Part shown: positions 55,565 to 62,488 of the stretch, one piece after another
Position numbering within the stretch: position 1 is the stretch's first letter
How the letters are laid out: each line of letters opens with the position of its first letter
The notes under the pieces: generated by a model
The model's input: only the letters and a program-made list of their open reading frames with translations
What the model was told of the DNA's origin: nothing
The model's database searches: none
Program-made: the position numbers and the translations under genes
DNA from: a virus
Lineage: Duplodnaviria > Caudoviricetes
DNA: 62,488 bases
Direction: 5' to 3' (one strand)
IMG/VR virus record: IMGVR_UViG_3300020042_001397
Span: 1 to 62,488 of that record

Positions 55565-55593
55565 TCTTTCCCCTCCGATTGGTTGTTATTCAT
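55561..55593 (-). CDS. 10-codon minigene MNNNQSEGKE
   Basis: ATGA overlaps at both ends link 55590-55820 to 55430-55564. Confidence 0.45.
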   Translation of the reverse strand: MNNNQSEGKE

Positions 55594-55820
55594 ACCTGCC
55601 CCCTTGCGCGGATTTCCCTTGCACACCTTTTTGCATCTAACCACCCATAGTCATACATCAGTTCACATACCTCAGCACACGCCTCGCGCTCTGCTGCTGC
55701 GACTAACTCTGCAAAGCGTTCAAGCAAATCTAAAAGCGATCCGCTTGTATAAGTCATACCCAATGAGTTCGACTCAAATCCAGCCTCCCGCGCCATGCGG
55801 ATAATGTCATCTCGTGTCAT
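55590..55820 (-). CDS. Hypothetical protein (AEREACA family)
   Basis: MTRDDIIRMAREAGF...AEREACAEVCE...IRARG. Confidence 0.75.
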   Translation of the reverse strand: MTRDDIIRMAREAGFESNSLGMTYTSGSLLDLLERFAELVAAAEREACAEVCELMYDYGWLDAKRCAREIRARGQV

Positions 55821-56026
55821 TTCTTGTCCCTCCCGTAGATAGCCAGTGCACAGTTAGCTGCGCCGATCTGTGCGTCTTTGTTGTGGCCATACTCTGCTTC
55901 GTGTTCACAACAATCAGCGCAAGCGACGCGCTCTGCCCCACGTACTAACCTTGCGAACACATAGTCCTGCTCTGTTGCTGGCCTGTTGTATATCTTCTCT
56001 ACAAATATATCTATCTCGTCTTTCAT
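55817..56026 (-). CDS. Hypothetical protein (AEREACA-like)
   Basis: AERVACADCCE...CALAI; start moved to the coupled ATG. Confidence 0.7.
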   Translation of the reverse strand: MKDEIDIFVEKIYNRPATEQDYVFARLVRGAERVACADCCEHEAEYGHNKDAQIGAANCALAIYGRDKK

Positions 56027-56463
56027 TTGGTTACCTTCCACTGATTGCTGCGTTTCTGTCCTTCGTACTGTTCCCGCAAGACGCCCGCAAACTTTCGATT
56101 AGTGTTGGACTCGCGCTGTAGCTTAGACCGTTCGTTATCCCATCTCCTGTCGGCTCTGTTTATGTCTAGCTTGGTCATCCAGTTCAGCGTAGCTACATCC
56201 TGCGATCTCTCTGTGTCCCACAACCTGTCTGCCAGTGTCCGCATGTATCTACCGACCATCTCTTGCACACGCTCCGGCCAGTACACACTTTTAGGACATC
56301 GTTTCAAGGCATGTTTCTGTAGGTCTATGCCCCACGGTGCGAGCCAATTACCTAGCTCCGTCATTCTCTTGTTTTCACGGAAGGTTTTAATCAACATCGC
56401 ATCGTATGCACGCTGCATCTCAGGCGTAACAGGCAGCCTCTCTACGGTAGGTTCGTCGCTCAT
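56023..56463 (-). CDS. Hypothetical protein
   Basis: 146 aa, AAGGAG RBS, coupled. Confidence 0.7.
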   Translation of the reverse strand: MSDEPTVERLPVTPEMQRAYDAMLIKTFRENKRMTELGNWLAPWGIDLQKHALKRCPKSVYWPERVQEMVGRYMRTLADRLWDTERSQDVATLNWMTKLDINRADRRWDNERSKLQRESNTNRKFAGVLREQYEGQKRSNQWKVTK

Positions 56464-56699
56464 TTGCTCATCTCCTTGATCTTGGCCACGGGGATATTTG
56501 TTTGCTCATGTATAGCGATGACTAGTGAAGGCGGGATACGCACAAGACCGTTTCGTATCTTGCTTATCATTGGTCTACGTGCGCTCAGGATGTGCGCTAA
56601 CTGGGCATCGGTCTTCAGGTTGTACATCTCGCGGATGTAGTCAAACAACTTGTGCGGTTTCTGTATCGTCCACCGCCCTGTAGTATCTTTGCTTTTCAT
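56460..56699 (-). CDS. HTH DNA-binding protein
   Basis: KTDAQLAHIL...PMISKIRNG; start moved to MKSKD. Confidence 0.72.
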   Translation of the reverse strand: MKSKDTTGRWTIQKPHKLFDYIREMYNLKTDAQLAHILSARRPMISKIRNGLVRIPPSLVIAIHEQTNIPVAKIKEMSK

Positions 56700-56869
56700 T
56701 TCGATCTCTCCTTCAGCATGGCATCTGCAAACAGATACGCTTCGCGTGAATAGTCGGCAGTCATCTGCTCTGGTGTCTCCCACCCTCGGCTAGTCAACCA
56801 GCTACCACTGGCCAGCATCCCACTTAGTGCTTGCATCGCAAACACATCACGCAGTTCTTTATCTTCCAT
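56696..56869 (-). CDS. Small phage protein, 57 aa (not in the ORF track)
   Basis: LRDVFAMQALSGMLA...AYLFADAMLKER, a common phage early-gene pattern. Confidence 0.75.
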   Translation of the reverse strand: MEDKELRDVFAMQALSGMLASGSWLTSRGWETPEQMTADYSREAYLFADAMLKERSK

Positions 56870-57074
56870 TCTTACCCCCGCACATATGTTTCTTGGCAGC
56901 CTTTAAATCAGCGTCAAAGAACCACGCTATGCACTGCTTCTCAAGGCTAGCTTCAGGCACAGGGGTAATGATCGCAGCGGCAGCAAGCGCTTGTGTAGTC
57001 CCTTCGATCTTACCTACCTTGAACGCAAACCCCACACCGAGAACTATCCCTATGATATAGATCATGTCTTTCAT
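56859..57074 (-). CDS. Small membrane-anchored protein
   Basis: N-terminal hydrophobic helix; GAGG RBS. Confidence 0.7.
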   Translation of the reverse strand: MKDMIYIIGIVLGVGFAFKVGKIEGTTQALAAAAIITPVPEASLEKQCIAWFFDADLKAAKKHMCGGKNGR

Positions 57075-57715
57075 ACCGCCTCCCCGAGCATGACCTTGAG
57101 TTTCTTGTACAGGGCGATGGCTTGGAACACACTGAGCCGCTTCAGTATCAGGTCGATGTCGTCGTCGAGCATGGTGGTGGCCGTAGCAGGGGCAGGTACA
57201 GGGTTAATCACAGGCCGACTCTTGGGCGTAGCTTGCGGGGGTAACGCGGCAATGCCTGCTGCCTTGGCTATCTTCTTGGCGGTTGCCTTGTTTGCTATGC
57301 GTGCCTTCTTGATGTTGTAGGGTCTGTACTCAGGCACGATGGTTTTATACACACCGCCCGTGTTGGACACCTGCCCTACCACCACTAGTTGCGAGAGCAG
57401 CGTGCTCACCGTCGATTCACGGAACCCCTGCTTAGTCATGACCCTAAGTACGTCAGCGCGGGTAGTGCCGCCCTTGTCCCGCAGGTAGTTGAACACGGTA
57501 AGGGTAACGGGTGAATTTGTTGATGTTTTAATATCGGTGAACTTCTGTGTTGCTGGCGGCTCGTAGGGCATGGTCTTCTCCTTTGTTGTTGGCTCAGTGT
57601 CATCCCACTGAGCGATGATTTGTTTTACTGCTGCGGCTGTTGCGGGTGGTGTTTGGTGCATTTGATTTGCTTTCCTTTGAAGCGCTTCTTTGAGCGCTGT
57701 TTTTATGTCGGGCAT
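57071..57715 (-). CDS. Putative winged-helix protein
   Basis: VFNYLRDKGGTTRADV...STVSTLLSQL; AAGGAGG RBS. Confidence 0.65.
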   Translation of the reverse strand: MPDIKTALKEALQRKANQMHQTPPATAAAVKQIIAQWDDTEPTTKEKTMPYEPPATQKFTDIKTSTNSPVTLTVFNYLRDKGGTTRADVLRVMTKQGFRESTVSTLLSQLVVVGQVSNTGGVYKTIVPEYRPYNIKKARIANKATAKKIAKAAGIAALPPQATPKSRPVINPVPAPATATTMLDDDIDLILKRLSVFQAIALYKKLKVMLGEAV

Positions 57716-57724
57716 GACCCCTCC

Positions 57725-57946
57725 TTAAAAGATAAGTACTGCCAGTGCCAGCGCAGCCGCTATGTACACTACAACGTCGAACCACGGGAACGAGCGCGGC
57801 GGTAGTAGCTCGTCACCTGCGCCTAACAGCATATCTTGCAGGTACATATCGTCACGGGACAAGGACTGTTTCGGTTGCTCGTAAAACAACCCTATTTTCA
57901 CTTTCCCCGTGTCATACGGTGTGGATTTGTTAATATTTTGATTCAT
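57725..57946 (-). CDS. Small protein with a C-terminal TM helix
   Basis: PYDTGKVKIG; AAGGAGG RBS before MNQN. Confidence 0.72.
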   Translation of the reverse strand: MNQNINKSTPYDTGKVKIGLFYEQPKQSLSRDDMYLQDMLLGAGDELLPPRSFPWFDVVVYIAAALALAVLIF

Positions 57947-57965
57947 AATTTCCTCCTTAAACTGT

Positions 57966-58004
57966 AAAATAATCCAATAACTACCCCTTGTCAAGCATTT
58001 GACA
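57966..58004 (-). promoter_or_regulatory. sigma70 promoter TTGACA-17-TATTTT overlapped by a TGTCAA-N4-TTGACA operator
   Basis: Perfect -35 at 57994-57989; inverted repeat at 57989-58004. Confidence 0.6.
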
Positions 58005-58082
58005 CTCCTCATTTGAAGAATAAAATACACGCTGCCGCTATGCACAGCACCGCTACTATGCTCACCCAATCATCGCAGTCCA

Positions 58083-58184
58083 TCATATAACTCCCGACAA
58101 GACCAGCCATAAAAACAACAGCGCAGGTACTACTGCTGCGCCGACCAAGATAACCACGAACGCTCGCCTACTAAGTTCATCCAT
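58083..58184 (-). CDS. 33-aa hydrophobic peptide (not in the ORF track)
   Basis: MDELSRRAFVVILVGAAVVPALLFLWLVLSGVI; GGAG RBS, TAATG coupling. Confidence 0.55.
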   Translation of the reverse strand: MDELSRRAFVVILVGAAVVPALLFLWLVLSGVI

Positions 58185-58912
58185 TATTTATACTCCGAGA
58201 ACAGACCGTTCCATGTCGTAGGCACATAGTCTGTGGGTTTAAGTTCTTTAATCATGCGGATCGCTGTCTGCATGCGCTTGATGCGTTTCTCTCTGACATC
58301 GGTTGCCTCGACGCTGTGCTTGACCAACTCGATCTGTAGCTGCCGTTCTGTGCGGTCGAGCAACTTGCGCTGCGCGGCTGTGCGCCCTTGACTATCAACA
58401 TTCTTATCAGGGCGTAGGGTGCGGGGGAACGGAACCTTGCGCTTAGTCTTGGGCTGGTGCGGTATCTCGGCAAACATCTCCGTGATGGTGTGCTTCTTGT
58501 CCGCGCTCACCCAATCAGTCCAGTGACCGCCATTGTTGGGCAGCCCCCGTTCCTTGGCTATCTGGCTAGGGGTGTACTGCAACCCCACGCGCTGCTTCTC
58601 CATCTTGAGCGCGAGGTTGGCCATCAAGCTAATGTACGCCTCGAACGCAGCGATGCGCTCTGGTGTCGGGTGTTTGTTTACGTAGGCCAGCCCGACCTTG
58701 GCGTTACTCATCTCGTATTTGAGATGTACCAGTAGCTCACCCCATAAGCGCTTGTGTGTCGCCTCCTTAATCTTAGCTATGCGGTTGCTGTTCTTTTGAG
58801 CCCGTATGCTGTTACGCACAGCGAGCCTGTCCGCATTACGCAAGAAGAACGTCTTATTGAGCACGCTATCTATCTTGCGCTGCGGTGACACGAGCAGGTA
58901 CTTGTACGTCAT
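58184..58912 (-). CDS. Basic hypothetical protein
   Basis: 242 aa, HWTDWV motif, AGGAGG RBS. Confidence 0.75.
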   Translation of the reverse strand: MTYKYLLVSPQRKIDSVLNKTFFLRNADRLAVRNSIRAQKNSNRIAKIKEATHKRLWGELLVHLKYEMSNAKVGLAYVNKHPTPERIAAFEAYISLMANLALKMEKQRVGLQYTPSQIAKERGLPNNGGHWTDWVSADKKHTITEMFAEIPHQPKTKRKVPFPRTLRPDKNVDSQGRTAAQRKLLDRTERQLQIELVKHSVEATDVREKRIKRMQTAIRMIKELKPTDYVPTTWNGLFSEYK

Positions 58913-59103
58913 GTCAGCGACCCCTCCTGTACCCAGAGCATTGCGTTGGTGATTATGTCGGCCATGTCAGCTACGTGTTCTTCTATCCACTCAGCAGGGT
59001 ATTGCTCGAATGGCTCCCAAGGTGTGTAGTCGTCCCCATCAGCATAAAAGTGCATCTCTGCGATGGCGCGTGCGTATTCTTTCATCTCGTCTTTGGTTCT
59101 CAT
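58909..59103 (-). CDS. Acidic hypothetical protein
   Basis: Start moved to MRTKDE (GGAG RBS). Confidence 0.65.
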   Translation of the reverse strand: MRTKDEMKEYARAIAEMHFYADGDDYTPWEPFEQYPAEWIEEHVADMADIITNAMLWVQEGSLT

Positions 59104-59104
59104 G

Positions 59105-59317
59105 TCACATCTCCAGTTTCTCAAGGCTGTTATATACGTTGTCCACTACATCAGCGAACCGAGCGCATGCTTCTTCTCGGGTCAGTCCGTCCGCAAAAAA
59201 TCCACTCGTCGCCGTATGCGCGAACACATACATAACTTGGTGTGGGGTAAGTCCCGAGTCAATAGCATCGGCCAGTATCTTGCGGGACATCTGTTTCATT
59301 CCATCAACTTGATCCAT
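59105..59317 (-). CDS. Hypothetical protein
   Basis: 70 aa, AAGGAG RBS. Confidence 0.7.
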   Translation of the reverse strand: MDQVDGMKQMSRKILADAIDSGLTPHQVMYVFAHTATSGFFADGLTREEACARFADVVDNVYNSLEKLEM

Positions 59318-59318
59318 G

Positions 59319-59516
59319 TCACATCTCCTTTACTGAAACTTGTTTAACTTCTACGTCGTTGACGATCTCACAACCTGCCCCACTGCTTGTGTCAGTGAGG
59401 TGCTCAATGGCCGCTGCCTGAGCAAGCGCATCGGCTTCGTTCTCCGCTTCAATCGTGCGCCATACGCTTACTTCGCACAAAACTAAATGCTTCACCATGT
59501 ATTTTTTCATTGTCAT
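59319..59516 (-). CDS. Hypothetical protein (IEAENEADAL family)
   Basis: Start moved to MTMKKY (AAGGAG RBS). Confidence 0.7.
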   Translation of the reverse strand: MTMKKYMVKHLVLCEVSVWRTIEAENEADALAQAAAIEHLTDTSSGAGCEIVNDVEVKQVSVKEM

Positions 59517-59535
59517 TCTCCTTAGTGGTTGTGGT

Positions 59536-60693
59536 TTACTGCTCTTGGTACACTGCGTCAAACACATTGAGCAGCAGGTCGTCAGTGTCCGCAAACTCGA
59601 ACGCTTCTGCCATCTCAATGATCGTGTCAATCTTGCGGGTAGTTAACCGCTTACTGCTCATCATGCGTCGCGCTAACTGCGGGTCGTCAGGGTATGCAGC
59701 GGCCGCCGCTAGGTCAAGCAACTCATCTTTGAACCCATAGCGTGCGTCATACAGCGCCTCGTACACAAGGTCGGTCTCTGGGTCGGCATAGCTGCGCCAT
59801 GTGCTGTCTGTCTTGTGCTCAACGCCGGTAACGGATGTCAGGCCGTACCCCTTGTTCCACCAGTCGGTGTCATAGCTGTCCCACTTGTTGTCAGGGTCGG
59901 GTATCGTCGGGTCACGGTCGGTCGGCAGTGCGTCCCAGTGCACCTTGAGCACCGCGTCAGCTAGTTTCTGAATGTGCAGGATGTCGAGACACTCGCGGTC
60001 GGTGTGCTCATGCAGGTAGCCCACGCTGATGTTCGTACACTCTGGTATCAGGTTAGTGAATTCTGCTGTGTCGGTGTACACGCCGCTGTCGTCACGGGCA
60101 TACATCATGTCAAGGTCGTCGGTGTTCAACGCGTCAGCTAGTGCGTCACCGAACAGGTCTGAGCAGCAGCGACCCCATCCTTGGTGCGTTATCACGCTGT
60201 CGTTACCCCTGCGGTCGAACGCTATGGCGCGGTCGAATGTACCGAGCAGCCCTGCATAGTTGTCAGCCAGAAACTTAGCACCGATGCCCCCCTTCTCCTC
60301 ACCCTGCGTGAAGATATAGTATGCGGGTACACCGCCGTGTAGCAAGTGCATGAGCATGGCGCAGCCAGCACCGTCGTCAGCGCCTAGCTGTGCGCCATCA
60401 GCGTGCCAGTGGGTTGCCGTTTTACGGATACGATTCTTGCCTTCGGTGCGGTGCACTGTGTCAACGTGTGCGACGAACAAGGTCTTGTGGTCTGGCGTGG
60501 TGCGGGTGTCGATGTGTAGGTTGCCCACGGCATCGGTGAAAAAGCTAGGTTGAATTTTAGGGTCACGGTGACCCGTTTTGTTGGCGTTGTCCTTGAGCCA
60601 GCGTGTGAAGTCAGCCGTTGTCTTTGTGGCATGGGGTCGTGCCGTGGACAGCGCACGCTGCAAGGTCTTGTACAGAATAGTTTGCTTGTTCAT
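59536..60693 (-). CDS. Zn-dependent exopeptidase-fold protein (M28/M20-like)
   Basis: AHVDTVH, LGADDGAG, GEEKG, AFDRRG and NISVGYLHEH motifs. Confidence 0.82.
   Translation of the reverse strand: MNKQTILYKTLQRALSTARPHATKTTADFTRWLKDNANKTGHRDPKIQPSFFTDAVGNLHIDTRTTPDHKTLFVAHVDTVHRTEGKNRIRKTATHWHADGAQLGADDGAGCAMLMHLLHGGVPAYYIFTQGEEKGGIGAKFLADNYAGLLGTFDRAIAFDRRGNDSVITHQGWGRCCSDLFGDALADALNTDDLDMMYARDDSGVYTDTAEFTNLIPECTNISVGYLHEHTDRECLDILHIQKLADAVLKVHWDALPTDRDPTIPDPDNKWDSYDTDWWNKGYGLTSVTGVEHKTDSTWRSYADPETDLVYEALYDARYGFKDELLDLAAAAAYPDDPQLARRMMSSKRLTTRKIDTIIEMAEAFEFADTDDLLLNVFDAVYQEQ
60559..60575. repeat. 17-bp palindrome, copy 3 (inside the peptidase gene)
   Basis: AGGGTCACGGTGACCCG. Confidence 0.85.
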
Positions 60694-60695
60694 TA

Positions 60696-62108
60696 TTATT
60701 CTCCTTCGGTTGTTGGTTCGGTCGTTGCGTAGTCCGCTGCGTAGTCAGGGTGCACTGACGTGCCGCATGGTGTTTCGTATGGGGTAACTACGTCGGTCAG
60801 GTAGTAGTTGTCACTGTGAGCACAGCGCCATACGTCGTCGATGTGCGCCCAGTCACCGTCGTGTAGCTCGACGCAGTTATCAAGCAACTCATACTCGCAA
60901 CTGAACTCGCAGTACACAATCGCGTCGCTGTCGCTGCTGTACCACTCACACTCACGGGTAAGATACACAGCGTCGTCGGTGTGCTCATATTCATCGGTGT
61001 CAATACACAGCACGATATTGTTGTCGGCTAGGTAACGGTCGTGGTAGTACTCCTGTTGCGACGAAACGTACACCACATCGTCGCTGGGTATGTAGTACTG
61101 GTTGCCGTGCCGTGTGTAAGCGTAGGTAAAGTGCTCGTCGCGGCAATATTCACAGATATGATCGTCACCGTTCGACCCTGCCCAGTGACCGTCACCCTCG
61201 TCGAAGTTGTCGCCGCAGTTAGCACACTCGCAGTCGCCTGAAACGTCGGTCGGTCTGCCGTCCTGTCGGTCAAACTCGTACTCGCCCTCGCTGCAGATCG
61301 TCATCCTGTTGTGTTGCTTATGCACCGTCACATGCTTGTCCATCCCGTCAAGGTATGGTGCTAGGAATGAATCGCCACACTCGATGTAGCGCATCACTGC
61401 ACCCTCCCATCCGTCCCGCTTTTGTATGCCCTGCCCCTTCAGCCATGCTTCGAGCAGGTCATCGCGTTGACTGTACGAATTAGGGTCGTCGGCCTTGTTG
61501 TAAGAGCGCACGAAGTAAGACGCGTCTTCCGTAGCATCAGCGTCGGTGTAGATCAATGCCCTTGCTCGGTATACCGTGCCTTCCATACGCACTGCCATCG
61601 ACCAGCCCAGTGCGGGGTCATACGCTTGGTAGGGGTGATCGCTGTCGTCGCGGTGCTTGAAGGTCATGCACGACTTTGCCCCGTTCTTAATAGCATCCAA
61701 CATTTCCGGCATGGTGTTGAGTATCTTGCAGGTAGCACCCGAATACAGTGCTGCGATCTCCCGAATCATGTGGTCAGGCAGGTCGAAGTGCCGCGCCAAG
61801 TATTTACCTATGGTTGTGATGGTCTGACGGTCAGCGATACCAGCGCGGTCATCTCTTGTGTAGGCCAAGCGGGTTGAGTCTGACTCGCTGATGTATGGGT
61901 ACTCAAGGACTAGCTGATGCCAATCGTGGGGCGGTGCTAGGTCGATGGCTTGGAAAACGGCGGGGTGAATGTCATGCTTGTTGCTCATCGTAACGTGCCA
62001 GCCACGTTGATGTTCGCGTGGGTAGTCGCCGAAGTACACATGGCGGATAGCTTGGACACCCTCGCGGATGTTTTTAATCATGGCATGGCGATTGTATGCG
62101 TCTTGCAT
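60696..62108 (-). CDS. Early protein with an SCM...RAL...PYLD domain and acidic Cys/His-rich repeats
   Basis: Start moved to MQDAY (AAGGAGAAG RBS); CANC, CEYC and repeated D..V.C....Y units. Confidence 0.8.
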   Translation of the reverse strand: MQDAYNRHAMIKNIREGVQAIRHVYFGDYPREHQRGWHVTMSNKHDIHPAVFQAIDLAPPHDWHQLVLEYPYISESDSTRLAYTRDDRAGIADRQTITTIGKYLARHFDLPDHMIREIAALYSGATCKILNTMPEMLDAIKNGAKSCMTFKHRDDSDHPYQAYDPALGWSMAVRMEGTVYRARALIYTDADATEDASYFVRSYNKADDPNSYSQRDDLLEAWLKGQGIQKRDGWEGAVMRYIECGDSFLAPYLDGMDKHVTVHKQHNRMTICSEGEYEFDRQDGRPTDVSGDCECANCGDNFDEGDGHWAGSNGDDHICEYCRDEHFTYAYTRHGNQYYIPSDDVVYVSSQQEYYHDRYLADNNIVLCIDTDEYEHTDDAVYLTRECEWYSSDSDAIVYCEFSCEYELLDNCVELHDGDWAHIDDVWRCAHSDNYYLTDVVTPYETPCGTSVHPDYAADYATTEPTTEGE

Positions 62109-62133
62109 TTTTACTTCTCCTTGTGTGAAATAT

Positions 62134-62150
62134 CGGGTCACCGTGACCCG
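62134..62150. repeat. 17-bp palindrome, copy 4
   Basis: CGGGTCACCGTGACCCG, about 25 bp upstream of the 62108 start codon. Confidence 0.9.
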
Positions 62151-62189
62151 TATTTTGTTTTAGTCTTACGATTGTACTGCTTTTGGGAA

Positions 62190-62488
62190 AAAGTGTCCAC
62201 TGATTAAAGAAAACCGGACAGTCATCTGGACACCGAATAAGCTATGACTGGCGCGGGTAGTACGAGAAACGGTGTGCTGAACTATCTATTTTGGAGAGCT
62301 ACAAAAGGAAAGTGTCCAAACAAAAGAACATGAACATACCTATACGGACACTACCCCATATATATAAGTATTTTTAAAAAGATATATAAATATACCCAGA
62401 AATCCGGATACCCACGCCCAGCTTGGGTTATAAGTGTCCGCTTGAGTGTCCAAAAATCTTTAATCACTGGATACCTTGGACAAACTTT
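62190..62488. other. Putative replication origin / terminal regulatory region
   Basis: About ten GTGTCC/GGAYAC-like boxes in both orientations, a long imperfect inverted repeat, and an AT tract at 62358-62394. Confidence 0.45.

Noticed and set aside
1-62488. tRNA genes, integrase/att site, phage RNA polymerase, stop-codon reassignment
   Set aside because: None recognised by eye, and genes read full-length in the standard code; tRNAscan-SE and HMM searches would be needed to exclude them formally

Overview
The window looks like an essentially complete ~62.5 kb tailed-phage (Caudoviricetes) genome with podovirus-like architecture. The + strand arm (991-41704) carries the late genes: probable terminase small subunit, terminase large subunit, portal, a GroES-like co-chaperonin, scaffold, Mu gpT-like major capsid, a free-standing GIY-YIG endonuclease, head-tail and tail proteins, two LamG-domain fibres, an S74-chaperone fibre, holin, GH24 endolysin, and large ejection proteins (DUF4214-like repeats, SLT transglycosylase, 2141-aa polyvalent protein). 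The - strand arm (41670-62108 plus 122-496) carries replication and early genes: primase-helicase, SSB-like protein, SNF2 helicase, HNH, PD-(D/E)XK nuclease, family A DNA polymerase, VRR-NUC, a modular array of small genes and an M28-like peptidase. I saw no integrase, RNA polymerase, tRNA, CRISPR array or reverse transcriptase. The most interesting signals are non-coding. (1) A candidate ~85-nt sRNA (859-943, - strand) has its own sigma70 promoter and terminator, and its core is complementary over 14-15 nt to the RBS and start codon of three replication-region genes. (2) There are three further structured RNA candidates (10071, 45206, 53381). (3) A 17-bp palindrome occurs four times around the genome ends. 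(4) An array of small genes is joined by an RBS-containing repeat. In the proteins, a hydrophobic-x-x-GG motif recurs across the putative internal virion proteins. All family calls come from motif recognition by eye, not from database searches.
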